From Trichoplax sp. H2 (Eukaryota): 64,000 bases of DNA. The position numbers and the translations under genes are program-made. The notes under the pieces are model-generated. The model ran no database searches. It worked only from the letters and a program-made list of their open reading frames with translations, and was not told the DNA's origin. The stretch covers positions 1 to 64,000 of the forward strand of contig NOWV01000251.1 of NCBI GenBank assembly GCA_003344405.1. Direction: 5' to 3'. The stretch's first letter is position 1. Each line of letters begins with the position of its first letter. Positions 37,701-50,800 of the stretch are shown in pieces.

Positions 37701-38893
37701 ATGATATCGATCGATCTACACTGAATGGAACATAACTCTATTCATTACCTTAATTAATCCGATGGAAGTTATTTCGATTATTAACTAATGTCTAATTTGT
37801 ATCATTTCATATTGCAATGAAATCAAGCAGGATTGCACGAAAATTATATGAACAATAACAATCCTACTAACCCATAATCATGGTCACAACTTCTGACCAA
37901 CATTACCAGCATTGATCGGTAAACGATGGACTTGTTCCATGACATGCGTGAGGCATTGATTGCTTAGAGAAAGTCAAGGAAACGCAGCATAAAATGACAT
38001 TATACAATATGGTATTGTAGAATAGTGTACGCTGGTGTAACGGCATATCTGCGGTATCAAGTTCTATTCTTAACACGTTAATAACGATGAAATAATGCCT
38101 GTGTTAACTTGATAGTCTATCTGATACTATATCATTATATCAGCTATGATACAATATCCAAGGTCAATATACGCGTATTTAACAAGACAATAATATATTC
38201 CCTATAAAAGGAACGATAGAGAGTAGTCATAGCTATTGAAGAAAACCATGACAGATACTCGCCATAAAAGAGACGATAGAGAATAGTCATTGCTGTACAA
38301 GAGCGATTGCAGTAATATCGCATTTATGGCATGACAGTTTGAAAAGGAGATTGGGATATAGTTACCATCAATAATATTGGAGCCTTATCCTTATCTATAG
38401 TGGATTTCGATTAGGTTATAAAAAACGTCTTAAATGAAATTATATTACTGATGGTATTGCTTAATATTCTTCTCATTAATGATTAGATCGTATGAGAAAT
38501 ACATTACGGAATAATAATGAAACGAGATTGGAAAGTTGCAGTACATATAATAACATTGGAACCATATCGTCATCAGTAACATCACATGCCGCCATCTCAG
38601 GTAGATTCCGACCGATTACGCTACAAGATACTTGCAAATGCATCGTATGTATATTTATATATATATATATATATAACTTTCTCGTTACTAATAACGACCA
38701 ATCCAGAGGTGTTCCTATCAGTATAGGATTTGCAAAATTACTGTGATGATAGAGATTAGCGCCATTGGCTGACAACCTTTCAGGAATGGTAAAGGATATC
38801 GTCAGTTATGATATGAAAATAACAAAATAATTTACCATCGCGTTTTTTGAGATTGGCAATACCGTCGACAAAAATAATAATAATAAAACGCAT
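31749..38893 (-). CDS. OCRL: Inositol polyphosphate 5-phosphatase OCRL/INPP5B (PH - 5-phosphatase - ASH - RhoGAP-like), 24 exons, ~924 aa
   Basis: GT-AG exons: 38836-38893 (start tentative), 38508-38630, 37111-37188, 36526-36552, 36210-36329, 35982-36071, 35607-35880, 35435-35536, 35105-35240, 34933-35049, 34569-34744, 34340-34448, 34033-34142, 33814-33949, 33606-33716, 33444-33512, 33220-33316, 33014-33138, 32831-32941, 32608-32751, 32419-32506, 32178-32305, 31980-32091, 31749-31882; total 2775 nt (multiple of 3). Motifs [47 protein letters not shown]. Acidic C-terminus without CAAX, as in OCRL. Confidence 0.92.
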
Positions 38894-40435
38894 GCAGGGG
38901 AGTTTACTCTCAGATTATTCAGTCTAATTATAATTTATTGATGATGATCGGAAGGATTGGAGGCAAGCTTCTACTATTGTTACTTGTAAAGTTATCGAAT
39001 GACTACTAAGCATAGGCTGAAATGACGATGTCGACTTCCATTGCTACCTTAATTTATTATTAAATATAGTCCATATGCAAGGACACAAACGTGATGAAGA
39101 ATTTAAGAAAGACAACGCCATGACTAAATTCTGTTCACACTTTAATAATTGTTGATTAATTTTAACTATCGGATGGCGTATCCTTATCCTGTAGTTATAC
39201 AAACCCCCAAAACAGGAGCAAATAGGCTTTGGCCAATGGACTAGATTTGCATCTAAAAACTATCTACAAGTACAAGCTTTCTCCAGAATAAGACGGTCAA
39301 GTAGACAAGGGAATAGACGTACCAGTTTACGTAAAATGATTGAGGCATTGATAGACAAAACTAATTTCTAACACAGCCTAAAGTACCAGTGCTGTCTAGC
39401 TGCTGATTACGTCAGTTTACTTGCAGTAGCAAATAAAATCGAGCTCCGACGAATGGCATCGATGATAAGAGTTGCCATGAAAAGTAGAAAGTAAAAGCAA
39501 GATTTTCATCCGACATACGAGCGCTATGAGAAAAAGTACTGCGAGCGGTATGAATGTTGCTGACAACGGTAGTACCATTAACATAGACAGTCTGCCATGC
39601 ATCAATAGGATCAATATTTCAACTATCAACAAGATATGAATCAATCAAGCTCTGTCACTAACAACCAATGCCAGCAGTAGTACATGTATCTGAAAATAGG
39701 ACCGTACTGGTGAAAATAGCCAATAGGTTCTGTAGGAAAAATTCTTCCTTAGAAGAAAGAGACTCTTAACTTGATTTTCGACGATCTTGCCTCCACATGC
39801 ATGAATTAGTCACAAGACTATTGACAAGCTCGAATTGACAGTTCATCTATGGATTCATTCTTCATTGATGTAGAAGATTATCTCCTTTATACTATTACAG
39901 CCATTTATCCCTCGCTACTTGCTGTTCACTATACCGTCCAGTGAAAGAATCAAATCTAACTCTACCCTTTGAAATCAATCTTGGTTAGAGCAATTAAAAA
40001 TAATTAATTAATTTAATTGAAGGATATGGCTATGCAAACATCACCAGGAAATAACTTCTTGCAAGATGTGGCTAATTCACTGCTATCCATGTTTTCATGA
40101 CACTTTCATCCAATGAAAATATCGACTCAAGATATAGTAGAAACCTTTCCAACAGTCAATCACTAATTCTCTTGTCAAACTGGATGGCTAACTTAATTCA
40201 AGCATGGCTCCATGATGCCTGGGCAAGCGGCCATGATGACGCTGTCAATCAGTGAATTGGCTGGCGCTAGAGGATTTGCTAAAGAGAGTAGATACTTCTC
40301 TCCTTGCCAGGAGGTTCATACAAATTCATTGATTTTACCGCATGTTTGCGTATGTTAATTTCCTATCGGTGTTGGATGACTTTAAAGTGATGTGGAGCAC
40401 CAAGACGATATACTACTACTTCAGCGTAGACTATT

Positions 40436-41232
40436 ATGTAAAATACATGTCATCCTTACAGGTACTATTTTGAGTATAGCATCATGGCTTTAACGACATG
40501 TATTTTGTTTGTGCTTTTAGTGCGAATGGCATACTCGCAACATTCTCTTTGCAATCATGTTTATATTCGCTAAATTCACGAATGTCATCGAATGTTTGCA
40601 TATGCTAATTCGATAGTTTAGGAAGTAAAAACAGATGTTGTCTATTCAACTTCATTTGCCAGTATAATAACATCGAGACTCTAAACGACATCTATTTTAC
40701 ACGTTTTTGGATCCCATACCCTAAGCTTCTCCGACCTCGATGTTCGTGTAATATCATCGATTTTGCATCAGGTTAGCATGGACTGATGGACCTTTGTAGA
40801 GGACCGTTTCAAGAAATTTGCAGCAGTGCTTACTATGGTAATTCAGTAATTACTGCAGTAACGTGGACTCGCCAAATTCAGAGTTTAATAGTCGGCACAG
40901 ATGTCGTCCATAAGCAGCTTTTCCACCATAGCGTCAAGACTTTAAACGACATGTATTGAACCCATTTCGAGATCAATGCATAATCAGTATGGATGTAAAA
41001 CAGATGTCATCAAAAGGCAGCTTTTCCACCATAGTGTCAACGCTTTAAACGACATCTATTTGACACGCTTTTCGATCGCATACCGGCAGCTTCTCCTGCC
41101 TTGATGTCAATACAAAATGATTTTGTCTAAGGTTTCACAATAGCGTTGACCTTCAGCATGCAAAATGAATGTCGTCAATAGGTAGCTTTCTTAGTATAGC
41201 GTAAACACATTTAGACAACATCTATTTTGCAC
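40436..41232. repeat. Array of five ~70-bp imperfect inverted-repeat (hairpin) units
   Basis: AAAA(T/C)A(C/G)ATGTCRTC, ~35-nt spacer, ACGACAT(G/C)TATTT at ~40438, 40625, 40898, 40995 and 41160. Confidence 0.7.
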
Positions 41233-41584
41233 AGTGGCCATTACCGTAGTCTACACTGTACAGTGTGTGAGTTGATCAGCAAACGTTTCAAACATTAGGA
41301 TGGCAAACGTGCATAGAAATTGTAGAATATGTTGTAAATAGTAAGCCTCGTACCCTACTATTGCAAAGCAGTCCATGCATGGATTCATGCATCAGTATTT
41401 CTAGTACTGCAAAATGATCCAACTTAGGAAAGAAAGAAAACCGGTTGCATCATGCAGTGCACTTGACATTGTGTCTATTGATTGTGCACGGATGTTTCCA
41501 TTTGCATCATCTCTATTACAGTGGTTGGTGACTTTAAATGCAGAAATGATGACACCCGCTCAATTTCGATGACTGAGTGCTGCG

Positions 41585-42150
41585 TTGTACTGTACACTGT
41601 ACACTGTACACTGTGTACAGTATAGCGAGTAGATTGTATTTCCTGGTACTGTACAAGTCTTTGATCAAGTCACGTACAGTACAGTATACAGTACGGTATA
41701 CAGTACATTATACTGTACTGTAGGTTATTCTACAGTACTACAATCTAATGTACTGTACAGTACACAGTACGAGACTGTACTGTACTGTACATTGTACTGT
41801 ACTGCACCGATTTGCAGCACTAGAGATGGTGAGAATCCATCGATGAAACGTCTCAAATCGTTGAAGATTGACTGATGTACAGACGTACACTTCAGAACCG
41901 TCCAATCTTTGGAGATTTTACAGACGTACACAGCAGAACAGTCCAACAGTATACACTGTACACTGTACAGATTTGGAGCACTGGAAAGGGTGAGAATCCG
42001 CCGATGAAACGTCTCAAATGGTTGGAGATTTACAGACGTACAGACGTACACTTCAGAACCGTCCAAAGTGGTCCACGATCGAAATGCACACTGTACAGTG
42101 AGTAGTACTGTAAAATAGAGTATAATGTACTGTACAGTACAGTACGTGCG
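41585..42150. repeat. TACAG/CTGTA low-complexity tract with two ~160-bp direct repeat units
   Basis: GATTTG.AGCACT...GGTGAGAATCC...GATGAAACGTCTCAAAT...CAGACGTACACTTCAGAACCGTCCAA at ~41809-41905 and ~41970-42066, embedded in (CTGTACA)n-like sequence. Confidence 0.8.
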
Positions 42151-42362
42151 TTGCCATAGCGTGCTGGTAGAGATTTTCTCCGTAGTACATGGAATGTAGT
42201 GTTTGATACGATACTCTTGGCGCCATACACGACGGTACAACGTCCAATTTATCCACTTCATTAGCCCTCGCGTCGACGGAAAGGTGGCAGCCATATTGTT
42301 GTTGCAACGCTATCCAAGATTCCTTTTGGCAATTTATCCAATCTCAAGGCAAAAAATTCAAC

Positions 42363-42614
42363 ATGACTGGACTAGTTTGGGGTAGAATAGCCAGAGTGCG
42401 CCATGTCATTACCTATTCGTTATCACCTTTCGAGCAAAGAAGTATGGCTGGCATTTTGAAGAATGGCATCCCTAACGTCATACGTCGTTTCAGCGAATCC
42501 TTCCCTTATGTTGCGCCATCGTTGATCATGGTCGTTTGCGTTTACAAATGGAGCAAGAAGAAATTTATTGAATTAAGCAGAAAGAATCCTGCCGATTTTG
42601 CCAATGATGAATAA
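42363..42614 (+). CDS. UQCRQ: Cytochrome b-c1 complex subunit 8 (QCR8)
   Basis: 83 aa; family signature WGRIARVRHVITYSLSPFEQR...GIPNVIRR...SRKNPADFANDE; single coding exon. Confidence 0.95.
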   Translation: MTGLVWGRIARVRHVITYSLSPFEQRSMAGILKNGIPNVIRRFSESFPYVAPSLIMVVCVYKWSKKKFIELSRKNPADFANDE

Positions 42615-44812
42615 AGAGTTTATTGCCTACTACAATTTTATTATTTTTGAAACAAGAACATTTCAACGTCAATCATAACTCAATGGCCATTTTGCTAACG
42701 CTAACAGTTCTACAAGGTTGGAAAGACTCTATTCTCTTTTCCAGTTGGCTGTATCTTATGAAGAAATAAATAACTTGGCAATCTATGATAGGTTAGAATA
42801 TCATTGGGTAATCTTGCGGATGACTATACTGGAAGAACAGATTGACATTGTACATCGACTCTATTTTGTGCTTGTTATTTTGTTCATTAGTAGCATGTTA
42901 ACGTGGCTCTTATAGCTGGACTAACCATATCTGGATACGAATGCCATTTTTTCCGCATAATTCATGCATAATGTTGCGTTATTTGTATTGCAAATAATAG
43001 CTGTTAAATGGATTAATAAATAAAATGAATCTTATGGACAGTTTACCTTTCACTCGATGACTAGCAGTTACAGTCAGCCTAGAAGCAGTTAAAAAACATT
43101 CGCTGCGACTATACTGCCAGACCTTGACCAACATCTCACGAGTGACTGGTCTTGTACAGGTCTAATGACCAGAGAAAGAGCAACGTTCAAGCTCTAGAAA
43201 GATGTCTATTCTTTAATTAACCCCTTCAACAGTTGGCAATAGTATCAATAAAATCGACTATGGGTTTGACCCCATAACAGCAACACATGGAGATATCCAA
43301 GTACTATAGAATATTGTTGGTGGATAACTGTATATAACTACAGTATTCCCGAGTCTATGATAAGTCTTGAACGATATTTTATTATCTCTTTGCTTTTATT
43401 TGATTGATTACAAAGTAAGAAGTCTCTACAATATTGGCCCATTAGTAGTCCATTCCTGACAATTGATAGTAGAGAACAGAGTGACATTAAATCGAGTCAA
43501 AAATCAGCGATGGACCTTACAGTACAGCAACAGTTTATTAGGATATCGACAATACCGATGGTGCATTACTGTATATCACTATTCTAAAGTTTGTGATAGC
43601 TACGAACTCTGTCTTATATCTCTCCACTTATTTGATCAAGTGCATGCGATAAGTCTTAGCAAGATCAGGTCAAAAGCGGAATAGGTCAATTCCTCTCTAC
43701 TGTTGAATAATTGTATTATAATAATATGCCTGCGATAGTGCACATACTGTAGACGCTTCAAAATACAAAAAATACACATACGCCTATGTAGAATCAACTG
43801 CTATGACGGTAATTTGATCATCAATAAAAATACTATAGTTTATAATGTAATATCGTATTCCATGCTGCTATGTAAAGGTACATACTGTACACTTTCTTCC
43901 ACTCTGACAGCAGGTATTCCTCTTTTGAACATGACGTATGAATTTTTAGCAGCTTACACTTACTCACTTGGACGAAATATGAGCAAAATCGTATAAAATT
44001 GACGATTATTGTATAGTGTTTATTAGCCTCATAGCATTAACTGTTAATCATATAAGATAGCAATCATCTAGTACTTCACAAATCCATCCAACCAAGCAAG
44101 CAGAATCAAACGATTGTTTGGTGTATAGTTATTATCAGTTCCATATTATATTATACTGCTCGCAGAGTAGATACCCTATATACTGTATATTTAATGTTAA
44201 ATTGTTTACTAGCTTAGGAGTAAGATAACTATTATGCGTGATCATTACAACAATATCTTCGATAATTAATCAACATGCATGTTACGCCTTTGATTTGATT
44301 TTATCCAATTTTTACTATCTAACAGCAGTCATATCAACTAGAACATCATTTATTGCTTGTAATATCACACCAAAAAAATGAATTAGTAAATGACTATAGA
44401 GAAGATAGACAAAAGTTAGAACTAGGCTAACTTTATACGTAGATATCTTTTTTGTAATTTATATCTACTTTCTCTGTATAGCTATAGTCTAAAGACTCTA
44501 TATAACTGTGTAGCGATAGTATAGAGTCCCTAGATTAGCGATCATTTCTATAAGAATTGCAACTAGGAATCACTCTCATAGTACTGTATACTATCGATAG
44601 AGAATACAACAAACATTAATGAAGCTACATTATAGAATATTATTACTTCTCAAAAAAAACTCATGCCAGTAAATGCACGGATAAATTAATACTACATTGC
44701 TCTAACTACGTAACTACAGATACCGATAACTAGAACTAGCATTTTGTATACGAATACACAATATGCGCCTACATCTACAGATGGTATGATGAATCTGTTA
44801 TGCATAGCCAAT

Positions 44813-47800
44813 CTATGACTTGGAATCTATCGATGCAGAACTTTGAATTCTTGCAGGCGGCGATGAAATTGTTAAACTACTATTAGATTTAGATGATTGA
44901 TTTAAACTGGACAATGATCCAAAAAATGACCATTTTCTCCTGTCCATTTTACACCAAGGACTACCTTGTTTACACCAACCGGGTAATCGATCAGTGAAAT
45001 TACTACTAGTAAAAGTATAGAGGAATGGATTGATAGCGGAGTTGATTGGTAATGCAAAGACAGCAACATAAGGTAAGATGGTAAATCGTAAGATAACGCT
45101 AAAGCCGCTATTTAAGTAAGAATGGGCTTCTCCTCGTTTAATCTGAAAGATAGAAAGCCAAAACACAAAATAAAATGGTAGCCAACATACAATATCCGTG
45201 ATGCAGATTAAAAAAAGTCGAATAGCCATACGATGCTCTTGATTTGTTTTCTGATTTCGACGTATTGATCGGCCAGATTGTTTTACTTTCATAAATAAGC
45301 GTATATAGAGAATAGTCACAATGATCCACATGATGAATGTTAAAAATATATAACTCGATAGCCACAGGTAAAAGAATTTATGAGATAAATTGATAGGCAC
45401 ACAAACTGGACTATCACCATAAACAGTTTGAGTATAAGGTTTATTTATACTATATACAATCGGACCTGCGATATAACCGATACTAATGACCCATGCTAAA
45501 CCTAGCGTTTTCTTAGTGGTTGCCATATCTAAACGTTTATTAGAAAATGGATAGACGATGCAAATGTAGCGATCAATACCAATCAATAACATCATAAAGA
45601 CAGACATAAAGCTGGATAATGACATTAGGAAGCTAGCTAATAAACACATAGGATGCTTATTCCAGTAAACGGAATAAATGCCATAGTCATGGCGAGTTAA
45701 CATATCAGCAATAGCTATAATTAAAAGATAAAGCCCCATAAGGAAATCAGCGAAAGCAAGATGGCTAACCACTAATTTGGGTACAGGATGGCCAGCTTTA
45801 CTGTCGCGACGATATAAAAGAATAACCAAAGCATTACCAATGACTGCTAAAATGGAAACAATCCAGGTAAAGATACGCAAAGATGGATTAGCAAGTAAAT
45901 CATGGCAATTAGATATTTTATTACGACTATTAAATTCTGTCACTGAGCATTCTTTAATTTTAGCTGGAACGATACAGCAGAAATATCCACGATCGGCAGT
46001 CCTGAAAGATTGCAGAAGTTAGCCCTGCATTACTCAAGACACAAATATTCAAGTATCAATAATCACTAAGACGAGTTAATAGAACTTATGCACTGTTAAA
46101 GAATTGTATAAAATACATTATTTTGCGTTAACAATAAAAATTTATTTACTATAGTATTTAATATAGCATCATTGTGGTAGCTAAGATTCAAAATTTAAAA
46201 GATCAATTTTAAATAATAGGTGATATCTTGGCTGAAATAGAGCTTTCAATAGCGATTCCTTGTAACAAGAATATTACAAATCGAAATTTGTAATGAGAAA
46301 GTTAAATTGCAATTAATGAACGACAGACTACGAATCGACCGTCAGTTAGGTTTATCCCTCTCAACATCGAACTACAGTGCGACTAATTACTGACGACTAT
46401 CCTTGTAAAATCACAATCAGTTACTAAACTTTTTGGACAAAATTGAAGGTGAACTTTAAAAATTCGCCAATTTAAAATAGATCTACTAAGATAATCATTA
46501 AAAATTAGGTATGAAGTCATAGACAATGATATTCTAAATCAAACCCAAAGTATGTTCTCTAACGATAATGAAATAAGTGATTGACTTCAAAAATCACTCC
46601 GTGACTACGATATAAATCAATCACATAATGGTATAAACCTATAAATACGCAACCAACGAAACTTTATGCTAGCATTAGCTTAAAAGATAATTTATAACTT
46701 ACAGCTTATATAAATTTGTTGGTCCATAGAACGAATCTTTTACAACTTGTTCAAGTTGATTATTTTGCAGATTTCTAATATAGATTCGGACAGGTTACCG
46801 ATAATATTTATAATCATTTTTGAAAGTGTTAAATCATGATAATGATGATATTGATATTCAAAATCATAATTGAATTGATATGGGACTAAGATGATTGAAC
46901 CAAAGTTTAAAAAAGTAGAAACGTGCGCAAACAAATTTGATAAGATAACAATACATACAGGCATAGAAAATTATACGCCATTAGAAACTTAGGTAAACTT
47001 TTATCAATCTTAGTATCGATTTAATTTGGACAATCTTTTGGATAATGATCTATTATTCAGATGCAGCGGTATCAATTACCGGCTAGACTAGCTATCTAAT
47101 GAAAATATTTGCTAAAGTAGGCGAAGATTTTAGACAGGTAGTACAATATTCTCTCGTGATCGGTTATATGTTGCATTTTCTAAATGTAACTCTTCCGATA
47201 TCATACGAGCAAATATGAACTAAAAGCATGTTATTGGCAAGAATATGTTGTAATGATAAATAACCAAATATTACTTAAATGAAATCCTGAATGATACTTA
47301 TTTCCAGGCAATAATAATTCCTTAATTATTTAATAATAATTTTGTAATAATACGCAGCTAATCTGGGTACAGAGATAGGAGTGATGATTATATTATTTTG
47401 CAACCTAAGTAAGAACAAATTTTCTACATACTCGTATTTTCCATCTTCAGTAATAACATAAAATCATCTTAAATACTGGCTTGATGGATAACGCTTACAA
47501 GATATGGCGTTCACATTGAATTGTATCAATTATGAACGCTGAAAATTTACGCTTTATAATGTTATACATTCTAATTAAACTCACATGAACCATAATGAAG
47601 GAGTATAAATGAAGCAAAATGGTTGAAGCGTAGTAATTTGATTATTCGAAATATCTCTGTAAAATAATAAAAATAAAAGAATTACAGTTTTAGATTGTCG
47701 GCGGCTAGCATTAACACTGGTTTTAATCTTGTATAAAAATATATTCGATAGGCCAGACATATACTCGAATTTCTTAGATTCTTACAAGTATTGAAGATGA

Positions 47801-50800
47801 GGCATATACTTCAAAATCGTAAGTTCACAAATATCTGTTATTAAGTTACTACCTAAATTTCTAAATAAGTAAGAACAAGATATGGTCAGCTGTAATGAAT
47901 TTGAGCAGATAGAGAATCATTCTCAAATAGTTTAAAATAGCTAAAATGAAGCAGTCAAATGATGTATTAGATAGCGTACAAGGATTTAGCATGTAAAAAG
48001 TGTTCCTTTCGTTCGTTTCTAATTGCGGTTAAAGAATTCTTGGATACATCCCTAAAATTAAAAGCACACGGAATGATTAGAATGTAAATTTACTTTCTAG
48101 GGTCAAAGTTTCTTCAAGTCATGCAGTACTTACAATGATTTGAGAGTTGCCGATCCTTCTCCCACAATTAGTGAAATATCCAATATCTTTAAGTTATTAC
48201 ATGATAAATCGCTATAGTATATAGCGGTAATTATTTAACATTAATATCAGCGTCATATTTGCGAGATTTACAGCTACTTACAATATGTCATCAGCAAGCC
48301 AATTCTTATCATATTACTATACATATACAATACGTATACAAATAATGGATTGAATAATTGCACAGTATCTAAGATATATAGTGATTTAAATGATTACTAA
48401 CCAGTAAATCCACACACTGGTTATCTTACGAGTACTGTATACAGTTAGTAGACACTTGTACCTTATATTTTACATTATATATTTTTATAATAAAAAATTG
48501 TTGTGTAATAAAAGATATATTTTTCAACTGCAAGTATAACGTTCAATTCTGTTTTTATTGGTGATTAGTAACTCTTTCAAAAAATTGCTTCTTACATAGT
48601 TCCATCAAATTTCGAACCGTGTGTTTAGGATATTAGTCAAATCAATGCATTTATTCAACAAAATTGGGCTTTACTTACACCTCTTTAACTAAGGAAGTCA
48701 ACTTAGAGAGTCGCCAATGATCGCTAGGATCAATATGAAGTAACGCACTTTTCAATCCTCTATATCAAATACAAAAGCAATCGTTTTAGAATAACCACAC
48801 AGAAAAAGCTGATGTTCACCTAGCTTCTAGGTAAAGTTGGGTTAAAGAAGTATGATTTATATGGATATGAATTGATCTACGCCGCACTAGTATTGTTATT
48901 TGAATAAAACACTACAATATCGTAAGAAAATTTCGTATAAACTTACAGAGAAGTAATCGAAATATGAGCATACGGGTAGTGAACTGTGTTATTAAGGACT
49001 AGTGGGTTTTCATCCAAATGCCTAAAATAAAATGATTAAAACAAACAATTACTGGACATAGCCATACTAATTACATGGAATACTGTCATCCAGTAATTGC
49101 TTACAGAGTTAAATCACCCTTTCTCTTAATGTAAAAAAATCGAAAGGGCAGGGATTTAATATTGCTGTTAGCTATGTTCCTGTAAATGAAAAGAAAGGAA
49201 TATTCCGACGCAAAATGGCTTTGCATTATTTAAGGGTATTTCCATTTCGTGAAAAACCTGTATGGAATTTACCATTCAAGAGTAGATTATATAATTATAG
49301 TCACTAAACTTACAAATATGTAATGAAGCTCAAATTTTCTAAAAATTCGCTAATTTTTGAAGGTTCATTCTGGTGAAAGGTTTGTTTACCACCTACACTC
49401 CTGTAAGCAAAACCTCATTTAACTGTAAATGAATATATATTAAATGATTTAAAGCCTTTAAAATATTATAGCAAGAGTATGGCCAAAACAGAAGTTATGC
49501 CGCAATATCCTATTGCCACGAGCACTATTATAACATCTACATTTGCATAGACTGCTAGATGCATTAATAGACAGAGTATTTGTAATCTTACAGTGAATAA
49601 TATAATAGATATCTATTTATAGCACAGTTATTTTCCATTTTAAAATAAATCATCAACCCTCTTTTCTTCTACAAAATATGGCAAACTTACAGTCCAGTCA
49701 ACTTAGTGAATAAATGCCTACAATTAACGGAATAGTTAGCCACAGAGGTGTTCCAAATGTGCCTGTAATTGAATTAGAATACCCTCTCCATTAGTACTAT
49801 TTTTCGAGCATAATTTTAATTCTGTCTTAATAAAATTCGTTACTGACAAATGGCGTATCCACGTTGAGAATTTCCATGACTTAATAACTGGATTAAATAT
49901 AGAACAGTTGATAGATGTGAAATTATTTCCGTTTAGATTTCTAGGATAGAATTCATCATTGAAGAATAGGCCGTGTAATAGCTGATTTATAATTTTTCCT
50001 TTCCGACAAACTTTAAAGTGAAATAATGATTCTACTTACAGATCTTTCAAATTGTCTCCAAAAAAGCGTTTATTTGGTAGTTTTTGAATATTGTTGTTAC
50101 TGATATCCCTGCACAGGGAATAAACAAACTTAAGTTAGCTTATCTTAGCCAAAATAGTTCCATTGCTATCGTTTAATATCCCTTGAATGAGTCTTTCATC
50201 TATAAACTAATAATTATATCGATTAAATTGAATTAAACCTACAATTCTGTTCTTAATAACTTTAAATTCATGACTATTTGCGATAACCAGCAAAGAATTA
50301 TTGTACTAGATAACTTGCTCGGTATTTTTTTGTATTTGTTTTAATCAATCTGTACATCTTGAATTATAGACATCTATCTTTATCGTTGGCATTAATTCTA
50401 AGTATGTAACTATCATCTTTACCTATATAGTTTGAGCAGTATACTCCATAAATTTTATAAATGCTGTTACTAACATTATTGCTATATAAGAAAATGATAC
50501 TAGAAATTTACTCGATCGCATAAAGATAATAAGTACTAATAACTATATCATTTACTAATCAGAATGTCATATCAATTGATTCAAATCTACATCTTTTTGT
50601 TTGTGTCATCGGTAATTGTATATAAATTCAATAAACCATTATAGTTATTCCATATAATAGCAAGAATTAAGTAGATGTTTTATCTGACATTTATTTTATT
50701 TAATAAATCATTATCGATTTTTTTCAATTTTAAGAATACTAATATAGAATTACTTACAGTTCGATGAGGGAACTGAAATTTTCAAACTGATATTCACTTA

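Noticed and set aside
38781..38790. ATATCCTTT on the - strand, a perfect U12 AT-AC donor sequence
   Set aside because: The frame leading to it has a stop and no matching AC acceptor was found; it lies inside the proposed first OCRL intron. Worth rechecking if the start is revised.
40436..41232. Possible CRISPR-like array
   Set aside because: Units are degenerate with related loops and irregular spacing; eukaryotic context and no cas genes.
41725..42307. 189-aa ORF and overlapping ORFs on both strands
   Set aside because: They arise from the TACAG low-complexity and direct repeats; no protein-family signal.
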